In this document: piece by piece, positions 17,132-35,012 of the stretch
How positions within the stretch are numbered: position 1 is the stretch's first letter
Layout of the letters: each line of letters starts with the position of its first letter
Assembly: GCF_009914755.1 (NCBI RefSeq)
Contig: NC_060940.1
Length of the DNA: 64,000 nucleotides
Direction: 5' to 3' (one strand)
Source: the human T2T-CHM13v2.0 reference genome, Homo sapiens
Made by a program: the position numbers and the translations under genes
The notes under the pieces: model-generated
Told to the model about the DNA's origin: nothing
Database searches by the model: none
Seen by the model: only the letters and a program-made list of their open reading frames with translations

Positions 17132-17590
17132 TGAATTTTAACTTTTGATTGAAGGTGAGAATAAGTGAAACTTGTCATGTAAAGTTTTTTGAGGAACCGC
17201 AATTACTATGGTACAGTAATTTAAGTAATTTAAGTAATTTGCTTAAGTAATATACTTAAGCAAAAATTAGAGTGCTTATATGAAACTTACATATAGGAAT
17301 GAGCAGACCAATATAAATGTCAGAAAAGGTTAAAACTAAGAGAATTATTTTTAAGTTTCTGTGTAAACTAAATTTTTTTTGGAGTAGCTTGGATATACTT
17401 TTGAGAGCTTCATATAGGCAAATCAAAGTGCTTTTTTAACATGTTTTCTATATGTAACACAAGTTTAATGTCTCAACATGATATTGAATGAGTTAACATC
17501 TAAAGCACTGTTTAATTTATTTAGTTGATAGTAATAATCCTCAAAATGTTACTGAGGGATGAGTATCTCTGATTAAAAATGATAAAACAG

Positions 17591-17879
<289 letters not shown>

Positions 17880-17984
17880 TTACTATGCATGATTAATTAA
17901 GCATGCACACACTCATGGCAGTTTTCTGGTCATTATGTCATAGTATTTGCTTTTACTGCAGAACAATTGGTGGATTTTTAAGGC

Positions 17985-18206
17985 TTTATTTTTATTTTTA
18001 TTTTTGAGACAGGGTCTTACCCTATCACCCAGGCTGGAATGCAGTGGCTTAATCATGGATCACTGCAGCCTTGATCTTCCAGGCTCAAGTGATCTTCTCA
18101 TCCCAACCTCCCAAGTAGTTGGGACCACAGGCATATGCCACCACATCCAGCTGATTTTTTTAAAAAATTTGTGGAGATGGGGGTCTTACTATGTTGCCCA
18201 GCCCAG
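17985..18206 (-). mobile_element. Alu (truncated AluJ-like)
   Basis: Partial antisense Alu. Confidence 0.85.
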
Positions 18207-19425
18207 GATGTATTTTTTACTTAATGATTTTATTCTTCATTGGTTAGTCCAATTTATTTTACCTTCAGAGGATAGTCTTTTGAAGATACTTCATGAAAAT
18301 TGACACTATCTGGAAAAAGAGTATGATAAGGACTCTTGATCTGGGTCATTTGATACAAAAGTATCTTGAATGCAATTTTTGTTATTTCAATAGTATGTTT
18401 GAGTTACAGGTTTGTGTTATAGATGAGCCAATTTTTTTCCATATTTCTGAGTTTTAGAAAAACACTTCACTAATCAGACTTTAATACTTAAATCTACATA
18501 GGAATTTGAGCTAAAAGGAGGAAATCCAGCCTAATTAAATTAAAAAGTACATTTAATTTTTATAATTATTTTAAGTGATATTTCATACATATTCTTAATT
18601 CTTTTAAGAAAGGAATGAATGTTTTAGAGACTTACTTTTCATTGAAATTATTTTGTGGAATTTGAAATCCCCAATAAGATCAAGTGTTTTAAGTTTATAT
18701 CATATATGTATGAATGTGTGAATATACGAATGCATATGAATATATGTGAGACTATATATTAGCTAACTTTTTGTTTTAGGTTGCATGTCCTTTCAACAAT
18801 TACAATCAACAACGATTCACCTTCATAATACTTTCTAAAAGCTGTTAAAGTCAAAATGATGTAGTCATTTAAAAATATCAGCTTCTATACTAACACTTGA
18901 ATCAACATTAATTTATATGTTGGTACTTTAAAAATAATGTAGCTGCGCAAAAACAGAAAAGTGTAGAAGGTAGTATATAAACATCAGAAACCTACCACCT
19001 AGGTTTAACAAATGTAGTATTTGTTTCTTTCCTTTTTTTAAGAAATAAACATTATGGATAACCATTGAAAACCTCAGGCCCATTGACATTTTTTTCCAGA
19101 GCAAACCACTATTCTGATATTGTCTTATTTTTCATTGTCATCTTTTCAGTATATGTTTCTGTAATTTCATCATAATGCTGTATATCCATAAACATCTAGG
19201 AGAGAAAGGGGAAGGAACAGGGAGGATGGTTATATCTGTAACAGGTTATTTATTTAAAAGACAGAGATTTGAAGCAAAAGAAGGTAAATATTAACATTTA
19301 TTCCCGTTTAATGAGTGTCAGTTTATTTTCTCTGTCTTAAAAATGTTATATAATTAAACATTAACAACAAAGCAAAATAGTAGCTTTGGAGTTAGGCAAC
19401 CTTGGGTTTAAAACTCCTTTCTAAT

Positions 19426-19590
19426 GCCGAGTACAGTGACTCATGCCTTTAATCCCAACATTTTGCAAGGTCAGAGTGAGAGGGTCGCTTGAGGCCAGGA
19501 GTTCGAGACCAGCCTAGGCAACATAGCAAGACCCTGTCTGTACAAAAAATACAATACAATACAATACAATACAATGCAATACAATGCAAA
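19426..19590 (+). mobile_element. FLAM-like monomer with a (CAATA)n tail
   Basis: Left monomer followed by a pentanucleotide repeat at 19549-19590. Confidence 0.8.
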
Positions 19591-19674
19591 TACATCTCCT
19601 TTCTGCTACTTAACAGCCATGTAACCTTGGGCATGTTTGTTAATCTTTCCAAACTTTAGTGTCCTCATTCATAA

Positions 19675-19983
<309 letters not shown>

Positions 19984-20123
19984 TAATATTTTTTGAGTGC
20001 CTATTATGTTCTAAACTCTGTACAGTATTCTATTTAATCTTATCTCAATCACTAAAAGAGATAGATATGGCACTAAAAGAAAGGATACATATGTATGTGT
20101 TTATGTAGTGATTTGTGTCTTAG

Positions 20124-20447
<324 letters not shown>

Positions 20448-20483
20448 TAGTTAGATGGGTGCCATGTAGAAGGCCTTGGATGC

Positions 20484-22780
20484 TGATAAGGTTTGGCTGT
20501 GTCCCCACCCAAAATCTCATCTTGAATTATAGTTCTCATAATCCCCACCTGTCGTGAGAGGGACCAAGTGGAGATATTTGAATCACAGGGGCAGTTTCCA
20601 CCATCCTGTTCTGGTGATATTGAGTTAGTTCTCACGAGATCTCACAAGCCCCTTTTATAAGGGGCTTCCCCCTTTGCTTGGCTGTCATTTTCTCTCTCCT
20701 GCCACCATGTGAAGAAGGACATAATTGCTTTCCCCTTCTGCCATAATTGTAAGTTTCTTGAGGCCTCCCCAGCTCTCCGAAACTGTGAGTCAACTAAACC
20801 TCTTTCCTTTATACATTACCCAGTTTTGGGAAGTTCTTTATAGCAATGTGAGAACAAACTAATACAGTAAATTGGTACCAAAGAGAGTGGGGCACTGCTG
20901 TAAAGATACCCAAAAATATGGAAGCAGCTTTGGAACTGGGTAACAGGCAGAGGTTGGAACAGTTTGGAGGTCTCAGAAGAAGACAGGAAAATGTTGGAAA
21001 GTTTCAGACTTCCTACAGACTTGTTGAATGGCTTTGACCAAAATGCTGATTGTGATATGGACAATTAATTCCAGGCCAAAGTGGTCTCAGATGGAGATGG
21101 GCAGATTGTTGGGAACTGGAGTAAAGGTCACTTTTGCTATGCAAAGAGACTGGTGGTATTTTTCCCTGCCCTGGAGACCTGTGGAACTTTGTACTTGAGA
21201 GAGATGATTTAGGGTGTCTGGCAGAAGAAATTTCTAAGAAGCAAAGTGTTCAAGAGGAAGCAGAGCATAAAATTTTGGAAAGTTTGCAGCCTGATGATGC
21301 GATGAAAAAAAAGTAACCCATTTTCTGGGGAGAAATTTGAGCCTGCTGCAGACATTTGCATAAATAACAAGGAGTCGAATGTTAATCAAGACAATGGGGC
21401 AAGTGTCTCCAAGGCATGTCAGAGACTTTCGTGGCAGTCTCTCCAGTCACAGACCCAGAGAACTAGGAGGGAAAAATGTTTTCTTGGGCTGGGTCCAGTG
21501 CCTCCCTGCTGTGTGCAGCCTTGGGACTTGGTGCCCTGTGTTACAGCCATTCCAGCCCTGGCTAAGAGGGGCCAACGTACAGCTCAGGCTGTTGCTTCAG
21601 AGGGTGCAAGCCCCAAACCTTGGCAGCTTTCACATGGTGTTGGGCCTGCAGATGTGCAGAAGTCAAGAATTGAGGTTTGGGAACCTCTGCCTAGATTTTA
21701 GAAGATACATGGAAAGGCTTGGATGTCCAGGCAGAAGTGTGCTGCAGGAGTGGAGCCCTCATGGAGAACCTCTGCTAGGGCAGTGTGGAGGGGAAATGTG
21801 GGGTCACAGAGCTCCCACACAGAGTCCCCACCGGGGCACTGCCTAGTGGAGCTGTGAGAAGAGGATCACCATCCTCCAGACCCCAAAATGATAGATCCAC
21901 TGACATTTTGCACTGTACGCCTGGGAAAAGCTGCAGACACTCAACAGCAGCCCATGACAGCAGCCAGGAGGGGAGTTGTAGTCTGCAAAGCCACAGGGAT
22001 GGAAATGCCCAAGGCTGTGGGAGCCCACCTCTTGTATCAGCATGCCCTGGATGTGAGACATGGAGTCAAAGGAGATCATTTTGGAACTTTAAGGTTTAAT
22101 GACCATCCTGTTGGATTTTGGACTTGAATGGGGCCTGTAGCCCCTTCGTTTTGGCCAATTTCTCCCATTTGAAACAGATATGTTTACCCAATGCTTGTGC
22201 CTTCATTGTATCTAGGAAGTAACTAACTGGCTTTTGATTTTACAGGCTCATAGGTGGAAGGGACTTGCCTTGTGTCAGATGAGACTTTGGACTGTGGACT
22301 TTTGATTTAATGCTGAAATAAGACTTCGAGGGACTGTTGGAAAGACATGATTGTGTTTTGAAATGTGAGGATATAAGATTTAGGAAAGGCCAGGGGCAGA
22401 ATGATATGGTTGGGCTGTTTCCCCACCCAAAATCTCATCTTGAATTGTAGTTCCCGTAATCCTTATGTATTGTGGGAAGGACCAGGTGGAGATAATTGAA
22501 TCATGGGGGTGGTTTTCCCCATCCTGTTCTTGTGATAGTGAGTTAGTTCTCACAAAAGATGATGGTCTTATAAGAGGATTCCCCCTTTGCTTGGCCCTCA
22601 CTTTCTCTTTCCTACCTCTACATGAAGAAGGACATGTTTTCTTTCCCCTTCCACCATGATTGTAAGTTTCCTGAGGCCAACCCCAGCCTTATAGAACTGT
22701 GAGTCAATTAAGCCTCTTTCCTGTATAAATTACCCAGTGTCAGGCAGTTCTTTATAGCAGTGGGAGAACAGACTAATACA
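20484..22780 (+). mobile_element. Full-length THE1 (THE1C/D-like) MaLR LTR retrotransposon: 5'LTR 20484-20866, internal 20867-22401, 3'LTR 22402-22780
   Basis: Both LTRs begin TGATA..GGTT and end CTAATACA. A purine-rich tract precedes the 3'LTR, the internal region is ~1.5 kb of THE1-int, and the 5-bp TSD is GATGC/AATGC. Confidence 0.93.
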
Positions 22781-23018
22781 AATGCCAAGTGAAGACTTGG
22801 AGAGGGAAAATCCACAATAAAATCTATGCCAGATTAAACGAGTTTTGAAATGGAACAAAACAGAGTTAATAATGACTAGGTGGAGAAGGTCTACAGTCAG
22901 TGGAAAAATTAAAACTAGAATTCAGAAGATGTGTATTTCGAGAGTATCAACAACAAAGTGATAAGTGATAGTTGAAGCTATGAGACAAGATAATTCAAGA
23001 AGAAAGTGTAGAGGGAGA

Positions 23019-23312
23019 AGCCAGGTGCAGTCACTCATGCCTGTAATCCCAGCACTTTGGGAGACTGAGGCAGGAAGATCACTTGAGGCTAGGAGTTTGA
23101 GACCAGCTTGGGCAACATAGCAAAATTGTCTCTACAAAAATAAAAATTAAAAAATTAGCTGGGCATGGTGACACACACCTGTAGTCCTAGCAGGAGGCTG
23201 AGGTGAGATGATCTCTTGAACCCAGGAGTTCAAAGTTACCGTGAGCTATGATCACACCACTCACTGCAGCCTGGGCAGAGCAAGACCCTGCCTCTAAGAA
23301 AAAGAAAAAAAA
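23019..23312 (+). mobile_element. Alu (AluJ-like)
   Basis: Dimer with an A tail. Confidence 0.88.
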
Positions 23313-23739
23313 GTGTAGAGTGAGAAAATGAGAGTTTTGGCCAGAGTCTTGGGGAACCTGCATTTGTGAGGCATAATGAATAAAGAAGAACCAAGGAATT
23401 AAAGAAAGATAATCAGATTTAAGACTTTGTAATGTTCCTGAATTCATAGAAACAGGTTTCAGAAAAAAGTGATGAGCAACAGTGTCAAAAATTAAAAGAT
23501 ATTGAGGAGGGGAAAAACAAAAGATTATTGAATAACTATAAGAAGTAACTGGTGACCTTGGGAAAAGGACTTTTTGTATATTATGGAGGAACAGGAATTA
23601 AATCAATGGGAATTTATAAGTAGTAAGAAAATCAGGATATCAGCTATAGTCTACTGTTTTGAGATGTCTGGTTGTGAAAGGAAAAAGAGTAATCTTGAAT
23701 ATTAAAATGTAAGAAAAGCAGAAATGAGTGTTTCAAATG

Positions 23740-25430
<1,691 letters not shown>

Positions 25431-26719
25431 TTTGAATTTATGATTTGTACTAGCGTTTGCTGTGTTTGTATTTTGGCTTTAATGGGTCATCCTGGATAAT
25501 TGCATTAAACTGAACAATTAGCAAAATATTTTTATAGCCTTTTATCAGACTTTAGTGCATTTGTAGACTGTGCAATTTTTTCCATGTCTTACAGGATGAT
25601 AGCGGAGGTATAAATGAAGATATATTTTATTCAAATATTTGAGATCAACAAAATAGACGGAAAGCTAATGTTGACAGTATATGTGACCTGTAATCATTTA
25701 AGTACTTTTGTACTTGTTTTTTTGCATCTATATTATGGGGATACACTTTAATATTACATTTATTATCCCTCAACCTCTTATTTAAAATACTTTTGAGTAT
25801 TCTAAAAATGTCACATTGAACCATGATTTTCCCCCAACCCTACCTCCCAAACTAGAACAGAACCAACAAACTTCTGGTCCACATTGGTCCCCAAATTATT
25901 CTTAATATCACCTTTCCCATTGAAGAGCAAATTACTGATTAAATCTCTCTATTTGTAAGATTATAGCAGTTTACAATATGGCTTTCTTTCCAGATGGTAG
26001 AGGTGGGTGGAGACAAACCTAATTTCTTTCTCAATTAAAAACGTTTTATACTAGAAGAAATAAAATGGGTTTTGAAAGATATAAAAGAGTTGTTTTTGTC
26101 TACACTGAGAATCAAAAATTTTATAGTTTTGCTACCCAATCCATTCAAGCTCATTTTCTGCTCGTTCTCTGTGGACTCTGAGAATGAGCCTTTAATATGT
26201 TAAGCTTTATCATGACGCGCCAAGGAGGAGGAAATACAAGGCTGCATCTCAGAATTTTACATGAATCTGAGTGTTTTAATATCTCACAATTTCCTGGAAT
26301 ATAACTTACGAAATTTTTTTCTACACAGTTATTTCACTTGTTATGCCTTTGGTTATGCTTATCTTCCTCCATTGAATATCTTATTATCTCATCATTATAA
26401 AAATTAGCTTATTTTCTGAGAACACTTTCAAGTCTTCCTTGCCCCTCTAGTTTATATTGATTTACCATTTTCCCCATATCTCTGGTGTGTTTCCCAGAGA
26501 GTCTGTTTTTTGTACCTCTATGTAATAGGTTATTAGCAAATATTTTCTAAATTGAGTATCTGCCACTAACAACAGGCCAGCATAAATTATAGAAATTAGT
26601 ATAATATAATCTAATTTTACTTTGTAGTCAAATAATTAAAACTAATAAAAGAAGAGGAGTTATTAAACAGATAAGTCAGGGTAAAATTAATCCTGTTACA
26701 TATGTCCACTTAGTAAGTA

Positions 26720-27836
26720 CATTTTAAAATCAATTTTATTGAGGCATAATTTACATACAATGAAATGTACCCATTTTAAGTGTAATCTGATGATTTTTGA
26801 CAAATATATACAATTAGGTAATCATTACCGCAATTAAGATATAAAATGTTTTTATAACCCTAAAAAGTTCCTTATGCCCCATTGCAGGTAGTCTTCCTCC
26901 CATCCCTGGCCCCAGGCAATCACTGATTTACTTTCTGCCACTATAGATTAGTTTTGCCTGTTTTTAATTTCATATAAATGGAATCATGCTGTACCTACTT
27001 TTTTCTTTATGGCTTTTTCACCATTTATATTATTTTAAACATTTATGTCTTCTCATGTATCAGTTCATTTCTTTCTCATTCTTTCTTTTTTTGAGTTATA
27101 ATTTACACACAGTCAAAAGTCACTCTTTTTAGTGAACAGTTCTAACTGACAGATATATACATATAAGTAGCTACACCAGTAATCAAGATAAAGAATAATT
27201 ACATCAGCCCTCAAAATTTCTTCCTACCTCTTTCAACCACCACTGCTGGCAGCCTCTGATTTGTTTTTTGCTCCTATAGTTTTTCCTTTTTGAGAATGCT
27301 ATGTAAACGTTATCATACAGTTTGTAGCCTTTTGAGTCTGGTTTCTTTTATTCAGCATAAGGCATTTGTGATTCAGTCATGTTGTCTAAGGCAGTAGTTT
27401 GTTCCTTTTTATGACTGATTGGCTTTCCAGTTTATAGATACACCACAATTTACTCATATGCCTCTTGATGGACACTTGGAGTTTTTACTAATTTATGCCT
27501 ATTATGAGTAATGCCTCTAAGAACATTCAAGTTCAGTCTTTTTGTGGATATATGTTTTCATTTATTTTGGGTAAATATTGTCAGAATGGGGTTACTGGGT
27601 CACAAGTTTATGTGTAGCTGTGTAACAAATTGTGACCTTTCAAAAGTGGTTGTACTCTTTTACATTCCCACCAGCAGTGTATGAGAGTTCCAGATGTTCC
27701 TTTCTCTTTAGTTCTTGGTATTGTCAGTCTTTTTAAATTTAGCCATTGATTAGATGTGTATTTGTATCTCATTATGATTTTAATTTGTGTTTTACTGATG
27801 GATGATGTTGAGTATCTTTTCATGGGCTTATTGACC
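26720..27836 (-). mobile_element. Old L1 3' fragments
   Basis: Two L1M 3'UTR pieces; the minus-strand ORF has ORF2-like GTLIHCWWECKRVQP. Confidence 0.75.
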
Positions 27837-28269
27837 AAAAATGAGTGAGACTCCATCTCAAAAAAAAAAAAAAAAACAGTCAATGTCTCTAACATGGCTG
27901 AGACCTATAAAAGAGGTATATGTGCCTGCACACATGCGTGTGTTTATTATGTTGTGTTTGGAACAGGGAAGGAGAGTTAAAGTAGGAGTTTGAAGATCCA
28001 GCAGTAGATTATAGAAAGAAGTCTAATTGTGTGGGACTAAGCCACATACAACACCGACTCCTGAAAACAGATGAGTGAAGAAATAGCATCCAGAAATCTA
28101 GGAATAGGTACTATTTAGAGACTTAAATAACAGTCATAGGACAGGACTTCAAGGGTAGCTACTGGGATTAAGGGAAAGGAATAAATATCAAGATATTAAC
28201 CTAGATTTAGAAGTCTAGTGGTATTAGCTTCTTAGTATGAGAATGGAAGCCTAAAGAACATGTAATTTT

Positions 28270-29470
<1,201 letters not shown>

Positions 29471-29880
29471 AGGAACATTAATCTTAATCACAATAATGAA
29501 CACTAACATTTACCGAGTGCCTGCATGTCAGATACTGTTCTGAAATCCTTTAGTTGAATGATCTCATTTAAATTCACAGCAACCCTGTTAGATTAGATAC
29601 TATGATTATCCTCATTATACAGATATTGAAACTGTGCTAAACATCGGCTAGGTTTTAGAGATACAAATTGAATGTGACCTTGGCTTGTAAATAACTATAA
29701 TATACTATAGTAATATTACTGTTATAAAACAAATATTACTGTTGTAAAATTACGTAGAGTAAAAGTGATATCTAAAAGTGAATTTTTGAATGGACATTTG
29801 CTAGGCTACCTTTTGGAGAAAGGGCACTCTTGACAACTAGATCAGTAAATTCAAAGTTTTAGGTAAAATATGTCTAAGAA

Positions 29881-30385
29881 GGCTGGACACAGTGGCTTAT
29901 GCCGTAATCCCAGTGCTGTGAGAGGATCACTTGAGCCCAAGAATTCAAGGTTCCAGTGAGATGAGCTGTGATCATGCCACTGCACTTCAGCCTGGGCAAC
30001 AGAGCGAGACCCTGCCTCTTAAAAAAAAAAAAAAGTCTAAAAAAACTGAACTTAGTTCAGCATCACTAGAATATAAAGTAAACCCCGAGGCTGGGTGCAG
30101 TGGCTCATGCCTATAATCCTAGTACTTTGAGGTCAAGACAGGAGGATCACTGAGCCCAGGAGTTTGAGACCAGCCTGGGCAACATGGTGAAACCTTGTCT
30201 CTATAAAAATACAAAAATTATCCAGGCATAGTGACGCAGGCCTGTAGTCTCAGCTACTCAGAAGGCTGAGACAGGAGGATCACTTGAGCTGGGAGGTGGA
30301 GGCTGAAGTGAGCGGAGATCGTACCACTTCACTCCAGCCTGGGTGACAGAGTGAGACCCTGTCTCAAAAGATAAAATTTTAAAAA
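29881..30385 (+). mobile_element. Deleted Alu (29881-30034) followed by an AluJ-like copy (30089-30385)
   Basis: Two tandem sense Alu pieces. Confidence 0.85.
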
Positions 30386-31159
30386 TAAAGTAAAACAAGC
30401 ATTTGAAAATTGAAAATGTAACTAGAGAGAGAGATGATGGTGTTATTCAGAAATGTGAGTATAGATTTAAACATTGTATTTCAGTTTTCTCTTCTTCACA
30501 TTTTGATTGTGGGTTTTGAAAAATTGTCTTTCTTCCTGATCCCGCCTTTTCCCATCACCAATAACACTGATTAAGGTAATTCTCAGGCCTCTTTCAGCAT
30601 TTCATAGATTTCTCCTGGTATTAGAGGAAATAGGCAATAGTATATTTCTCTGTTACTGTTTTCTTAATGAAATATATCTGGAATGTCACAGTAATAAAAT
30701 CAAGAAAATAATTTGTTTTTAGTGTCAAGACATTATTGCATTAAGAGAACAGTTGGTCTTTTCCTTAAATACCTGTAAGAATGATTGTTTACTCAGATTA
30801 ATGATAAGATTACAAAATGTTCTTCAGTTTGAGTTATAATCTTTTAATATAAATTTTCTTGAAGTATAATGTACATACAGAAAATACACAAATTAAAAGT
30901 GAACAATTTGATCAATTTTCAGACATTAAACATCATCCATTTAACCAGTATCCAGACCAAGAAATAAGATATTAGCACAATTCTAGAAGCCTGCTATGGC
31001 CTAAAAGCTTGCTACTAGTCACTATGCTTGGTCATCAAGGGCAACCACCATTCTGATTTATAACCTCATAGGTTAGTTTTGCATGTTATTGAACTTTAAT
31101 TATGTTGGACATATACCCAAGATTGGAATTGTTCAATCATTGGGTATACGAATATATTT

Positions 31160-32322
31160 TCTATTAGTTACAAATTACCACATATTTAGTCTGGCTTAAA
31201 ATGGCACTCATTTATTATCTCATGGCTTCCTTGGGTCAGGTGTCTGGGCACAGCTTAGATGGGTTCTTTTCTCAGGCTCTCACAAAACTGCAACCAAGGT
31301 GTCAACTTGGGCTGCAGTATCTCATCTGAGGCTCAGGGTCTAGGCTTATGAGATTGTTGACAAAACACATTTCCTTGCAACTGTAGAACTCCAGCAGCTT
31401 GTTTCTTCAAGGCCAGCAGGAGAGTATCTCTGAGCTCAGAGAAGGCCTAAGCGCTCTCTTTTTTTGTAACTACTTTTTTTTTTTAAGTTTTATTTTGAGG
31501 TAATTGCAGATTCGCATGCAGTTGTAAGAAATAAAACAGAGAGATTCAATGTATGCTTTTTTTTTTTTTTTTTGAGATAGGGTCTCGCTCTGTCATCTAG
31601 GCTGGAATACAGTGACCTCAGCTCACTGCAATCTCCACCTCCCAAGTTCAAGCAATTCTCACACCTGAATCTCCCAAGTAGCTGGGATCACAGGCGTGTG
31701 CCACCATGCCTGGCTAATTTTTGTATTTTTAGTAGAGATGGGGTTTTGCCATGTTGGCCAGACTGGTCTTGAATGCTTGGCCTCAAATGATTCACTTGCC
31801 TCAGCCTCCCAAAGTGCTGAGATTACAGGCATGACCCACTGTGCCCAGCCTCCGTATATCCTTAATTCAGTTTCCCACAAGGGTAGAATCTTGCAAAACT
31901 ATAGTACAGTATCACAGTCAAGAAACTGAGTTGATACAATCCATCAATCTTTATTTAGATTTCCCCAGTTTTCCATGCTCTCATCTGCATGTGTTTGTGT
32001 GTTTATTTTCATGAAATTGTATCACATGTATAGGTTCATGAAACCACCACCAAAGCCAAGATACAGTTTGGTTCCATCACGACAAGGATGTTGCTCTTTT
32101 GTAACCAAACCTACCTCTCTCCTACCCTAATGTCCCATCCCTAACCTTTGGCAACCACTAAGTAGACTGAAATAGGCATTAATTATATTTGTAAAATCCT
32201 TTCACTTTTGCCACATAGCCTGTGGTATTCCAACATTTTTACAGGTTCAGCCCACAATCAAGGGGAAGAGTTTTACAAGAGCATGGTTCATTGAGGGTTT
32301 ACCTTATAATTCTGTCTGCCAC
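31160..32322 (-). mobile_element. MLT1 (MLT1E/F-like) LTR interrupted by an L1 fragment and an Alu
   Basis: MLT1-like text at 31160-31460 (ggcttaaa...atttattatctca...gggcacagcttag) and at 32170-32322 (...aattctgtctgccaca). Confidence 0.6.
31556..31850 (-). mobile_element. Alu (AluS/J-like)
   Basis: Antisense dimer. Confidence 0.9.
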
Positions 32323-33453
32323 AATAAAATGATTAGCCTTGGTAGATACTAGAACACCTCATTTTTAAAAGCAGAATATTTGATTTAATCGTAAGATTCC
32401 TTAATATAAGTAGATGACATAGTAATGAGAAGTGCTTGGGAACAGTGCTTGTTGAACAGTACACTTAGTTCAACAAGTACTTGTTAAATGAATATTAAAT
32501 GAGTGAACCAATCAGTCTTCTAAGTTTTAAAGACAATGATCAGATCCAATCTAGGATTGCACTTTTCTGTAAATTGTAGGGCAATTTTAGAGCTTTCTAA
32601 GCCAAACTAAAGTTTTATGTGAATCATCTCCAGTGAAACTAAGTTTTGTTTTTTCTCATATATTTGTACCTTCAGTTTTCTTGAGTTGAAGATTTATGAG
32701 TTAATGATTAACATACTTCTTCAGAAGAAAAGTATAGAATAGTGATTGTCAAAGGTAGGTAGGCAAGAAAGATGCTTCTCTCCTCCCAGAATTTCAGAGA
32801 GAATTTACTAGTCCATGCCATTCCACTCCTTTCACTCCCAACTAAGTGTTGAGATGGATTACTGTGATGAATGTGTTAATTGTGTTAAAAATAAGGGAGT
32901 AGAAGAGAGAAAAGGCTGAGATATACTGGCAGACTAGTAGAAAGGTTATGGAATTTGGCTAAGACTCCTTCATTTTAAAATGGGAATAACAAGTACCACT
33001 ACCACCACTATAGCCATTTCCTAGGAGTTTGGAAGAATTAAATGAGATAACATTTAACAGATTAAAGTCCTCTGTAAACTATCAAACATTGCACAAATGT
33101 TAATTTTCATATCTAATCCTGTGTCCTGTTTTTAATTATAGTAGGATTTGAGTGACATTTTTTACTCAACAATACACGAACAAATTGATGTTTGTGTAGT
33201 CTACCTGGTCTTTATTCAGTGAGGTTGCAGTAGAAAATCAGGTTCCCAGTGCACCTCAGGGTACTTTATATAACTAGGAAAGTATTTTATATCAGGACTC
33301 TATTATGCTGTTATGGAAGATAAGATAACCTTATTGCATGTTCTTGATTATTTTAAATATTAACACTTTTTTGTAGTATCTTAAAATCCCAGAATTGAAT
33401 GGGACTAAGCAGCCTGTCTAGTTCAACTCATTCTGCTACGTGAATATTCTAGC

Positions 33454-33754
<301 letters not shown>

Positions 33755-34107
33755 TAGCATTTTTGGTTTGAACTCTTTCTGTGATTGGAATTACGGAAAC
33801 CCTCTCCCTTCCTACATAGCCAATTATATTTTCTCAAGCGTATCGACTCTCCAACCATGGGTTTTTCTATAGTACTCCACCCTGTTTTTCCATCTTTAGA
33901 GCCTTCCAAAAGCAATATGAACAGAGTGTTTGGGAGGGGGTTCTAAAGGGAGGGAACATGCTGATGAAGAGTATTATTAACTATGATTCCCTCTGCATTT
34001 TACTCATTGGTGATAGTTTCACACTACCAAGTTATAAATTTCTTTCTGAGAGACTACACGTCCATTGTTCTAACATCAAGTAGCACCTGACTCATAATAA
34101 GCATTCA

Positions 34108-34418
<311 letters not shown>

Positions 34419-34839
34419 TCAATATTTGTTTAAAGAATTGAACTTCTTTCAAGCCTCAAAAAATAATTTCTATTCCATGTGATATTTTAAACGGACTGTC
34501 ATGCAGTTCCTCTTCTTGTGTCCTTTTTCTCTTAAGTCAAACATGCTCAATTGTTTAAAATGTATGTAGGAATATTGAATCTTGTCACATAGATGTGTTC
34601 CTCTGTACAGATGGAATGGGAACGCCTAGGATATTTAAGGAAGCAGTTTTCTTAGTTCAGATTTCCTATAGATAAGTCTTTGATAGCATGGAATTATTGC
34701 CAATCCTAGTTTTCATTATTTTATAAGTCTTATAAAAATGTAAAAATCTTTTTAATTGGAATTTGCATTTGAATATAGCAGATGAAGATCTCTTTATTTT
34801 GCCACCAAACTTTTTTTTTTTTTCATTGAGAAGCATTAC

Positions 34840-35012
34840 TCAGAGTTAGCCAAACTGCAAAGTTAGCACAGTCCCAAGACTGTCCTCACTTCTGACACCA
34901 GCTACAAGTTCTGGGGGTTCCCAAAAGTACCCTCAGTTTCAATAATTTGCCAGCAGGACTAACCAAACCCACTGAAAACTGTTACAGTCATAGTTACACT
35001 TTTATTACAAGG
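34840..35012. mobile_element. MER21-like LTR fragment
   Basis: cacagtcccaagactgtcctcacttctgacaccagctacaagtt...ggttccc resembles MER21 LTRs. Confidence 0.5.

Noticed and set aside
21134-22659. Overlapping ORFs up to 155 aa in the THE1 internal region
   Set aside because: Fragmented remnants of the non-autonomous MaLR internal sequence; no intact gag or pol.
25575-25613. Acceptor-like ttttttccatgtcttacag followed by GAG|gtataa
   Set aside because: Weak donor and a 13-nt frameshifting interval; expected by chance in a long intron.
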